A stretch of 35,103 bases of DNA from Parcubacteria group bacterium GW2011_GWF1_45_5 (GTDB lineage Bacteria > Patescibacteriota > Minisyncoccia > UBA6257 > Brennerbacteraceae): assembly GCA_001001795.1 (NCBI GenBank), contig LCLB01000001.1, positions 8,249-43,351 on the forward strand, given 5' to 3'. Under the pieces are notes generated by a model that saw only the letters and a program-made list of their open reading frames with translations, was not told where the DNA came from and searched no databases. This document shows, one piece after another, positions 8,736 to 16,785 of this stretch. Within the stretch, counting starts at the first letter, position 1; every line of letters begins with the position of its first letter. The translations under genes were made by a program, and so were the position numbers.

Positions 8736-9784
8736 TAGAGCCCTTGCGGGAGGAGGATTACGGAGTATGGGACGCTTTCGTGGAAGAATCTTCCGACGGG
8801 ACATTATTCCATACGATCGCGTGGAAGAGAATTTTAGAGGAAACATTCGGTTACCAGCCATATTATTTTATTTTAAGAGACGCCAAAGGCGGGATTGCCG
8901 GGATATTTCCGGCGTTTTTGGTCAGGGGTATCCATGGAAAGGTGCTTGTGTCGTTGCCGTTTATGGAGTACGGAGGGCCAATTGTACGGGATGGGTATTA
9001 CGCATCGATGTTTGAAAGTATCGTTAATTTATTTGTGATGTTAAAAAAAGAACAAGGCGTACGTTATCTTGAGATAAAGACGCCTCCAGATACGCAATAT
9101 CATGACGCAGAGTCGTTCTTATTTGCGCCGGTTGTTAAGGCATACGATTATAGTATTAATATCGGCGGGAGGGATTTTACGAATGATTTTTGGCCGAAGA
9201 TGAAAGCGAAAACAAGGGTTCGGCACTCAGTTGTGCAATCGTGCCGGTACGGGGTAGGAGTGGCAGATGCCGATATACACTCCTTCTATGCGCTTCATGT
9301 CAGTAGTATGGCGCGTGTCGGTTCACTTCCATGGCCACAACGATTTTTTGCAAATATACGCACATATTATCCTGCATCACGGTTTATCGGGGCATATATT
9401 GATAAAAAAATGATCGGGGCAATGCTTAATTTGCCGTATCGGGCAAGGGATTTAGCGGTTGTGCTGTCGTACGATCGTTCATGCCAAGCATACCGGGCAA
9501 GCGATCTTTTGTATTATCATGAGATACGGTTTGCTTTTGAGAATCGATTCGCCACAGTTGATTTTGGCCGTACCCGTCCCGATTCCCCGTACGAAAAATA
9601 CAAACAAAAATGGGGAGCGACAAAACATACGCTTTATAGCTACGTGTACCCCGCAGATATGTGCCATTTGGTCGATCCGTATGCCTCCTATACGCGCTTC
9701 GCGCGATTCACAAGAAATAACATAGCATGGAACGCCTTCGTACATACTTTTTTCGGGCAAAACGCCATACGCTATTTCCCGTAA
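8732..9784 (+). CDS. FemAB-related / GNAT-family acyltransferase
   Basis: WDAFV..GTLFH..AW.RILEETFGY, LVSLPF.EYGG, DFGRT, KYKQKWGA. Confidence 0.8.
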   Translation: MIEPLREEDYGVWDAFVEESSDGTLFHTIAWKRILEETFGYQPYYFILRDAKGGIAGIFPAFLVRGIHGKVLVSLPFMEYGGPIVRDGYYASMFESIVNLFVMLKKEQGVRYLEIKTPPDTQYHDAESFLFAPVVKAYDYSINIGGRDFTNDFWPKMKAKTRVRHSVVQSCRYGVGVADADIHSFYALHVSSMARVGSLPWPQRFFANIRTYYPASRFIGAYIDKKMIGAMLNLPYRARDLAVVLSYDRSCQAYRASDLLYYHEIRFAFENRFATVDFGRTRPDSPYEKYKQKWGATKHTLYSYVYPADMCHLVDPYASYTRFARFTRNNIAWNAFVHTFFGQNAIRYFP

Positions 9785-9786
9785 AT

Positions 9787-10440
9787 TTGGAGATCCGACA
9801 GCGGATATTTTTCAACCGTGTTGCGGAAGATTTCGGGACACGTGCGTGGGCTACGGGTAGGGTGGCGGAACGGCAGGCAATACGTCGATGGACGGCAGAA
9901 CGTATCATATACGGCGAGAACATTCTCGACGTCGGTGTCGGCAACGGTCTTATGTTCCAGTACCTTAAAAGGAAAATCAATTATACGGGTATCGATATTT
10001 CCGAGAATATGCTTATTCAGGCCGGAATTCGGGCGCGTCATTACGGGATTCCCTTCACTGCCCTACAGGGTAATGCCGCTGCGTTGCCGTTCCCCGATAG
10101 TTCGTTCGATACAGTTATGTGCATAGATATGTTCCATCATATTCCCCGGTTTCTTCGGAGTCGCGTATTAGGTGAACTTGTACGGGTAGTGCGTCCCCGC
10201 GGTCAAATTATTATAGAAATAAAGAATCAATGGAATCCATTCATCGCATGTGGATATTTGATTGGCGGTATGGTTCATGGCGTTACTATGGTCCCCGTTA
10301 ATCCGTTTAATGTCCGGCATTATTTCTCCGAAACAGGTTTTCATATACAAGACAAATTTATTGTGCCTCCGCGCATATGCCCGCCGTTCATCGTGTTTGA
10401 TTTGCGTCAGGGTACAGGCGATGTCCGTGTGATACAATAA
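9787..10440 (+). CDS. Class I SAM-dependent methyltransferase
   Basis: LDVGVGNG, GIDIS, LPFPDSSFDTV, RVVRPRG; TTG 9787 avoids overlap with the upstream gene (ORF open from 9727). Confidence 0.85.
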   Translation: MEIRQRIFFNRVAEDFGTRAWATGRVAERQAIRRWTAERIIYGENILDVGVGNGLMFQYLKRKINYTGIDISENMLIQAGIRARHYGIPFTALQGNAAALPFPDSSFDTVMCIDMFHHIPRFLRSRVLGELVRVVRPRGQIIIEIKNQWNPFIACGYLIGGMVHGVTMVPVNPFNVRHYFSETGFHIQDKFIVPPRICPPFIVFDLRQGTGDVRVIQ

Positions 10441-10483
10441 AACAAGGGAATAAAATTATGTAAATATTTTTCCTACCTTGATT

Positions 10484-11173
10484 ATGACGGTATCAGTTAT
10501 TGTTCCGGTGTACAACGAAGAAAAAACCATCGCGACAACCATTCGCGCGATCAATGCGGTTAATATATCAAAACAAGTGATTATTGTTGATGATGGCTCT
10601 ACGGATGCAACCCGTGAGGCTATCGGTATGCTGTGCGATCAATACCAGTTCATATTAATCAGACACGAGGGTAATCAAGGGAAAGGAACCGCCATTCAAT
10701 CGGCGCTTGCCCATGCCACTGGCGAAATATCTGTTATTCAGGACGCGGATCTGGAAACCAGCCCCGATAATTATCCACGCCTGGTAGAGCCGATTATCCG
10801 GGGCGAAACAGGGGTGGTGTTTACGTATCGCATACGTGCCCCTATAACCAAAGAATCATTGTCGCATTGGGTGTACCGTTGGGGGAACGCGGTGCAAACA
10901 TGCTTGGCTAATTTGTTATTTGGCGCCAGTATACGTGACGTAAACAGTGGTTGTAAGGCGTTCAGAACCGATATATTGAAAGCATTTGAATTGCGGGAAC
11001 GGGGATTTGCCGTTGAACATGAGATGACGGCGAAGGCATTAAAGAGGAGTCGTTGTATATACCAACTGCCGATTCGATATTTTCCCCGTACGATTAGGCA
11101 GGGTAAGAAAATAAATTTTTTTGACGGTATCAAAGGAATTACAGCCCTTATTCGATACAGATTCATTCCGTGA
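10484..11173 (+). CDS. Glycosyltransferase family 2 (DPM1/ArnC-like polyprenyl-phosphate glycosyltransferase)
   Basis: VIVPVYNEE, VDDGSTD, NQGKG, QDADLE (DxD), D.NSG.K.FR. Confidence 0.9.
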   Translation: MTVSVIVPVYNEEKTIATTIRAINAVNISKQVIIVDDGSTDATREAIGMLCDQYQFILIRHEGNQGKGTAIQSALAHATGEISVIQDADLETSPDNYPRLVEPIIRGETGVVFTYRIRAPITKESLSHWVYRWGNAVQTCLANLLFGASIRDVNSGCKAFRTDILKAFELRERGFAVEHEMTAKALKRSRCIYQLPIRYFPRTIRQGKKINFFDGIKGITALIRYRFIP

Positions 11174-12999
11174 AGAATATGTTTTCCAACAAGATGATTT
11201 CTAAAATGTTGACGGTTACGGTCATTATGGCGGTATATGTTCTGCTTATTTTGTTCATTAATCCCGGCATCCTGTCGTTCCATCGTGATCCGATATTATT
11301 CGAGGAAGATATCAGAATTTTCGTTTATACTTTTCCTTTATTGGCAGTGATTATTGCCGGATACATTTGTTTTTGCGAAAGGCGTGTATTTCTGGAAGTG
11401 ATGCGTTCGGTTCCTAAAAGATATTTTATAACCCTGGGGATAACGGTGATTATTTTTCTTCTTGTCTGTTGTTGGGGAGGATTGACCCTTAAGTTTTTTA
11501 ATCCAACCGATGCCGAATGGGCCGAACTGCATTACGCCAGGGACTTGGTGACGGGCGATAAACGTGCATTTCTTTATCTTATAGACCGGGTAATGGGCAT
11601 CTTGATATATGCCATAGGATTTAAGGTATTTGGATTTACGCCTTTTGTAGGGACAATAACCAGCTTAGTGGTCGGCGCCCTCTCCATTGTCGCGGTTTTC
11701 TTCTTGGCCCAAGTTCTATTTCGTAATCCTCGGATCAGTTTGGCCAGCGGCATGGTGTACGCCGCGAACCCCCATGTCCTGATTTTTTCTTCGGTCAGGA
11801 TGGGATACACGATTATAGTCGGTCTTTTCATGTTACTTTTTATTATCGCCGCGGTTTTAGCCTTTAGGCGGCATTCTTTTCCCCTGCACATTGTCGCCTT
11901 GGCTTGTTTTGCGGTTATGAATCAGACCAAACCAGAGTACTTTGTTCTGATCGGGGTTTACGCATTTTGCTATCTGTTATTCGGAGAATTTAGGCATTTA
12001 TCCTGGCGACGTACGGCAGTATTGTGTCTGGTTTTGTTTTTATTCTCCATACCATTTTTACTAACTAATTATCATTTCCGCCAGACAACCATGGATGGTT
12101 GGTGTAGCTTTCCTTCGCAACCATTTCATGATGGCAGATTCTATTCTTATTTTTCGCCTGTGCTAGCCCCTATGGACGTAGCTTTGCGTTTCTTATTGAA
12201 TAATCGTTTTTCCCTGAATTATTTCTTCAACGATATTCCTTCGTTTATTTCGTTTTGGGGTTCTCTGAAGATGGTAATTATAAGCGTGGTGGCAATGGTT
12301 GGCTTTTTGCTTTCTTTTAAGAAACATTTTAGGGATAATTTGTTCTTATTTTTATCCTTCGTAATAATGTCGTTTATATATTTAGCCGATTGTATTTACT
12401 ACGAGGATCGTTTGGCGGTTCCGACTTACAATATTGCTGTTTTGTATGTCGGTTTTGCCATTGGTTTTCTTGCGGATTCGTTGACGAGGTTCATCGGGAA
12501 GGGCGAGATATCCAGGTATATTTCTGTCATCATCATTTCGTTGGCTGTTTCATTGGTGTCGTTGGGAGTGGCTTTTAAAAGTTATCGTTCATATCTCGGT
12601 GAACGTCTTTTGCCGCATTCGCTGTTGGACCTTTCGTCAACTTATAGTGTCGATATTTATGGAGACTTAAGATCAATCTCGGATAAATACGGTTTTGCGC
12701 CCGCGCAATCATATCTTATTCTCCCTGGTCACGCTGAGCTGCATTCGGCTCAATTTCTTGGTTATGAAGCGATTGCTCTTTCTGATATGTTCGACAGCTC
12801 GTTTTTTACTGACCGCGATCTTTTCCTTGGAAACTTTCAACTGCCTCATGGGGCATTTAAGAATAATTATTTCATCGAGAGTCCCCAGTGTTCTCCGCCC
12901 GATCAGGAGCTTGGTGTCATGTGCGAATTTGTAAAAATAAACTATAAGGAACGTATGATAGGGCAATGGGGAGTGTATACTATATATCAATTAAAGTAA
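11170..12999 (+). CDS. Multi-pass membrane glycosyltransferase, GT-C superfamily (ArnT/PMT-like)
   Basis: Many hydrophobic segments, acidic PTDAEW loop after the early TMs, P.HV.FS and TKPEY motifs, soluble C-terminus; GTGA-coupled to the GT2. Confidence 0.65.
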   Translation: MKNMFSNKMISKMLTVTVIMAVYVLLILFINPGILSFHRDPILFEEDIRIFVYTFPLLAVIIAGYICFCERRVFLEVMRSVPKRYFITLGITVIIFLLVCCWGGLTLKFFNPTDAEWAELHYARDLVTGDKRAFLYLIDRVMGILIYAIGFKVFGFTPFVGTITSLVVGALSIVAVFFLAQVLFRNPRISLASGMVYAANPHVLIFSSVRMGYTIIVGLFMLLFIIAAVLAFRRHSFPLHIVALACFAVMNQTKPEYFVLIGVYAFCYLLFGEFRHLSWRRTAVLCLVLFLFSIPFLLTNYHFRQTTMDGWCSFPSQPFHDGRFYSYFSPVLAPMDVALRFLLNNRFSLNYFFNDIPSFISFWGSLKMVIISVVAMVGFLLSFKKHFRDNLFLFLSFVIMSFIYLADCIYYEDRLAVPTYNIAVLYVGFAIGFLADSLTRFIGKGEISRYISVIIISLAVSLVSLGVAFKSYRSYLGERLLPHSLLDLSSTYSVDIYGDLRSISDKYGFAPAQSYLILPGHAELHSAQFLGYEAIALSDMFDSSFFTDRDLFLGNFQLPHGAFKNNYFIESPQCSPPDQELGVMCEFVKINYKERMIGQWGVYTIYQLK

Positions 13000-13009
13000 T
13001 CAAACAATT

Positions 13010-13228
13010 ATGGTTAAAAAGGTATCGACGAAAATTAAGGAATATGTTCTGGTATACCAAAGCCAGGAACATTATGAGGTGCTGGGGTATGTTCGAGCTC
13101 CATCTATGATAGTAGCCAAGAAGAGGGCTCAAAAAAAACTTCTGCCGGAAGCGAAATATTATAATGTTCCGCAAGCGGAAATAGACGAGATAGCGGGTTT
13201 CGACAGAGTAGACTTTGATTTGAAATAA
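13010..13228 (+). CDS. Hypothetical 72-aa protein
   Basis: ATG in TATG context; fills the gap between the GT-C and the last radical SAM gene; basic N-terminus, acidic C-terminus. Confidence 0.7.
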   Translation: MVKKVSTKIKEYVLVYQSQEHYEVLGYVRAPSMIVAKKRAQKKLLPEAKYYNVPQAEIDEIAGFDRVDFDLK

Positions 13229-13265
13229 TCATTTTGTATTTTCCGTTTCATTGCCATTCTTGATT

Positions 13266-14195
13266 ATGCCCGATGTTGCCATTTGGAACCAGTGTAACAA
13301 TCATTGCGTGATGTGCACGAATTCTTTATCTTTCCAATCGGAGAAAGAGAGTGTTCCTTACGCATTTAAAAGTATCAAACAAAGATGGGTGCGACGCGCC
13401 ATGGGGCCGGAGGATGTGATTTCTTTCAGCGGGGGAGAGCCCACGATTCATCCTGAATTTTTCGAAATTATCCATTGGTTTCGTGCCGAATATCCCAAAC
13501 GCACCATTGTAGTGGTGTCGAACGGGAGAATGTTTAGTTATCTTCAATTCACGAGAAACATTCTGAAAATCAGTAATATTCTTTTTGAAGTCGCCCTTCA
13601 TGGATACGATGAGAAATCGCACGACAGTGTAACCCGTGCTCCGGGGAGTTTCCGACAGACCGTTCAAGGGATTCATCACATCTTACGCCACAAGAAAGCA
13701 TCGCAAGAATTGGAGATACGGATTGTCGTCACCAAACTTACTTATAAGCACCTGGGGAAGATACTCTCTTTTGTTGAAAAAGAATTCGGCGCTCAAAAGA
13801 TACGGGACATCGCTCTGATTTTTATAGAAATGGAGGGTCAGGCTCAAGATAACGCACGAGTCGTGGGCATATCGTATGAAAAGGTAAAGAAATATATAGA
13901 ATCTGCCGTCCACGACTGGTCATCGTCTTTCCGTGAACTTCGATTGCTTCATTTTCCTTTATGCACAATTCCTCAAATATTATGGCCGTACGCATGGAGA
14001 ACGCTCAGGGAAGAGGAGGTGACCTTTTTGTCGCGTTGTGCATCGTGTCTGATGAAGAAATATTGCTTGGGAATCCATAAGGACTATATAAGCATCATGG
14101 GGAAGGGAGAATTCAAACCGGTTCGAAATATGAAGAAAAAGATAGAAAAGGGGATCTCTTTCTATAAGCCCATTAAAAGCATTTCGCGGGGATGA
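13266..14195 (+). CDS. Radical SAM protein, most HxsC-like copy
   Basis: CNNHCVMC, SGGEPT, VSNGR, HDSVTRAPGSF.QT..GI, EIRIVV.KL.Y, FPLC, CASCLMKKYCLG. Confidence 0.9.
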   Translation: MPDVAIWNQCNNHCVMCTNSLSFQSEKESVPYAFKSIKQRWVRRAMGPEDVISFSGGEPTIHPEFFEIIHWFRAEYPKRTIVVVSNGRMFSYLQFTRNILKISNILFEVALHGYDEKSHDSVTRAPGSFRQTVQGIHHILRHKKASQELEIRIVVTKLTYKHLGKILSFVEKEFGAQKIRDIALIFIEMEGQAQDNARVVGISYEKVKKYIESAVHDWSSSFRELRLLHFPLCTIPQILWPYAWRTLREEEVTFLSRCASCLMKKYCLGIHKDYISIMGKGEFKPVRNMKKKIEKGISFYKPIKSISRG

Positions 14196-15373
14196 CCATT
14201 CCTTCAACCGTTATTACCTATTTATTCCTGATTCCTCTTGGATTGCTTGGTGGCATCACCAGTTATACTGACATCAGATACGGGAAGATAAAGAACATTC
14301 ATTTGCTTTTGGGGTTGATATATTCGATTTGTTTGTATTCTTTTCTGATTGTTTACAGTACGTACGGCATTCATCAACCGGGTAATCTGAAATATCTTTT
14401 CAATCTATTTCTAAACGGATCCTTTGCGTTTTTATGCGGTTATCTTTTATGGCGTTTTGATTTATGGGCGGCAGGGGATGCGAAACTTTTTTCTCTTTTT
14501 GCGTTTCTTATCCCTCTGGAGTTTTATTCTCGCAGTTATATCTCTCTTTTCCCCTCGGCAACGCTTCTGATCGATGCATTCCTTTTCATCTGTTCCGCTT
14601 TTATTGTTGAAATGCTTTGCAAATTGACCCTATCGCTGTACGGTATCGCTAGGAGTTTTCTTAGAAAAATTAAAGAAGGTTTTAGGTTGTCTTTCTCCGA
14701 TTTTTTCCGAATGCGATGGGGAGTTTTAAAGAGCTTTATTATAGAAACAGGGAAATTGTTTCTATTGTGCACCAGCGCGCTTATTGCCATCGAGGGCCTT
14801 TCAATTTTTCTGAAAAAGATTATCCCTTCGGCGAACATATCGCACCCTTTGCTTTTTCAAACATTTTTTTTCGCGTTGCAAATCATTTTATTTAGATCCC
14901 TTTGGAAAAACAAAATATTTGTTAGATTAATTTTAGTGGCAGGCGCAGTATGCGGTACCATTTTTCTTTTATCGCATAATGGAATATTATTACTGAATCT
15001 GGTAAAAAACTCTATAATCCTTTTGCTTTTGGTGGGAGTTGTCATGCAGATGGTCTATACGTACATCGAATCTCACGAGACCAGAAGAATAAGGGCTAAA
15101 GATGTTTGTCTGGGTAGCTTTATTACCCCGGAGTCGTTACTTTATATAGAAAATGAGTTTAAAAAGAAAAATAAGGCAGATGAGCTCGGTACCTGTTGTT
15201 CCGATGGTTTGACAAGGATCCAGGCGGATCTTATCCGTGACGTATTCGAAAACGATGACAGCATTCGGATAAACGTATATAAAACCTTCTTTTTCGCACC
15301 TTTTATATTTTTGGCCTTCTTATTCACGATTTTGACAAAGGGATCATTCTTGTTTTTCCTTCTGGATCTTTAA
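14192..15373 (+). CDS. A24-family (prepilin/preflagellin, FlaK-like) intramembrane aspartyl peptidase
   Basis: First Asp in SYTDIRYGKIKN, second in WAAGDAKL; multi-TM; C-terminal DGL...V.KTFFFAPFI. Confidence 0.8.
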   Translation: MTIPSTVITYLFLIPLGLLGGITSYTDIRYGKIKNIHLLLGLIYSICLYSFLIVYSTYGIHQPGNLKYLFNLFLNGSFAFLCGYLLWRFDLWAAGDAKLFSLFAFLIPLEFYSRSYISLFPSATLLIDAFLFICSAFIVEMLCKLTLSLYGIARSFLRKIKEGFRLSFSDFFRMRWGVLKSFIIETGKLFLLCTSALIAIEGLSIFLKKIIPSANISHPLLFQTFFFALQIILFRSLWKNKIFVRLILVAGAVCGTIFLLSHNGILLLNLVKNSIILLLLVGVVMQMVYTYIESHETRRIRAKDVCLGSFITPESLLYIENEFKKKNKADELGTCCSDGLTRIQADLIRDVFENDDSIRINVYKTFFFAPFIFLAFLFTILTKGSFLFFLLDL

Positions 15374-15375
15374 CC

Positions 15376-15403
15376 TTGTTCCTTCGGGGCTTTTTGTTAT
15401 ACT
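15376..15403 (+). promoter_or_regulatory. Putative sigma70 promoter for the cysteine desulfurase
   Basis: TTGTTC-16 nt-TATACT with TGn extension. Confidence 0.45.
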
Positions 15404-15482
15404 GTAAGAGCAGATATCTATTTTCTGACCTTTGCGATAATATTTGCACGACATACTTTGCGATAGATCGAGTTTATTATTT

Positions 15483-16700
15483 ATGGATACGCGCGTGTAT
15501 TTGGATTGCGCCGCTTCAACGCCGGTTGACCCACGGGTCGTTGCTTCTATGGAGCCGTATTTTTCGGCTATATTCGGGAATCCCGGGTCGGTACATGCAT
15601 TTGGCAGGGAGGCCCAAGCTGCGCTTGATATGGGTCGTCAAAATATCGCCCGACTATTCGGAGTTGATTTCGGTAATGTCGTATTTACTTCTTCGGCAAC
15701 CGAAGCGAATAATTTGATCATTCAGGGAGCGGTAAAAATGTACAGGAAAGAACAGGGACCGGACCACGAGCTCCCCCATATTATTACCAGTAGTATCGAG
15801 CACGAATCAATACTGGAAGCTTGCAGAGATCTGGAACAGAATAGTTTGGCAACCGTTACCTATGCGCCCGTTAACAAAGAAGGGTTCGTTGATGTAGCGG
15901 TTATAGCCGGAAGTTTGCGTAAAGAAACCGTGTTGGTTTCCATTATGTATGTGAATAATGTGACCGGAGCGATCCAGCCGGTTGAAGAGATCAGCAAGAT
16001 TATCAAGGGATTCAAAAGCGATAAACTTTCCCCTCGGCATCAGTCGCGTTACTCTCCTAAAGAGTTGATGTATCCGATTTTTCATAGCGATGCCGCACAG
16101 GCAATCCACTGTCTCGAAAAGATTGGTCTTTATGATCTAGGGATGGATGCCGTGACAGTTTCCTCTCATAAAATTTACGGTCCCAAAGGAGCAGGGGCTC
16201 TTATCGCCGGTTTTTCTTTTGGCATCGGGATTGCTCCAATGATAATGGGGGGGATGCAGGAGTTTGGCATACGCGCAAGCACGCAGGATGTGCCGGGTAT
16301 TGTTGGCTTTTCCGATGCGCTTAAATTTGTACGCGAAGAACTTGTACAAGAAAAAAAACATACTAAAGAATTGAAGAACATTCTTGTGAAGGGGATTATT
16401 TCCTCTTATCCTCGGGCGGTTATCAATTCCTGCGAACCATGTATCTCGAGTGTGTGCAACATTTCGTTTCCGGGATTCGGACTCGAAGAACTGCTGTATC
16501 GGTTTGATCAACAAGGGATTGCGGTTGCCGCGGGGTCGGCATGCAGCGCAAAGGTTCTGGGACCTTCTCACGTTCTCGTCGCCATGGGGCTGGATGAACC
16601 TTTGACGACTTCAGCGATCCGTTTCAGTTTTGGAAAATTTATTACGCGGGAGGCTATGCACTATTGTGTTGAACGGATTCCCTTGATTCTCGCCCGGTAG
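15483..16700 (+). CDS. iscS: Cysteine desulfurase (IscS/NifS family)
   Basis: YLDCAASTP, FGNPGSVH, FTSSATEANN, HSDAAQ, SSHKIYGPKG, AGSACSA. Confidence 0.92.
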   Translation: MDTRVYLDCAASTPVDPRVVASMEPYFSAIFGNPGSVHAFGREAQAALDMGRQNIARLFGVDFGNVVFTSSATEANNLIIQGAVKMYRKEQGPDHELPHIITSSIEHESILEACRDLEQNSLATVTYAPVNKEGFVDVAVIAGSLRKETVLVSIMYVNNVTGAIQPVEEISKIIKGFKSDKLSPRHQSRYSPKELMYPIFHSDAAQAIHCLEKIGLYDLGMDAVTVSSHKIYGPKGAGALIAGFSFGIGIAPMIMGGMQEFGIRASTQDVPGIVGFSDALKFVREELVQEKKHTKELKNILVKGIISSYPRAVINSCEPCISSVCNISFPGFGLEELLYRFDQQGIAVAAGSACSAKVLGPSHVLVAMGLDEPLTTSAIRFSFGKFITREAMHYCVERIPLILAR

Positions 16701-16704
16701 CTTT

Positions 16705-16733
16705 TTGCTTTTTCTCCTTTTTATCTTTATACT
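16705..16733 (+). promoter_or_regulatory. Putative sigma70 promoter for clpB
   Basis: TTGCTT-17 nt-TATACT. Confidence 0.5.
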
Positions 16734-16785
16734 ATTTTAAAGTATTTCATTTTTCGTCCGGGTTTTATCCCTATCTCTCATTTTT

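Noticed and set aside
1-15373. Calling the radical SAMs MoaA, PqqE, NirJ or viperin, or assigning hxsC symbols
   Set aside because: No partner genes for those pathways are present; the HxsC resemblance cannot be confirmed as orthology without HMMs
16701-16785. CIRCE or CtsR operator before clpB
   Set aside because: No TTAGCACTC-N9-GAGTGCTAA or heptad repeats seen
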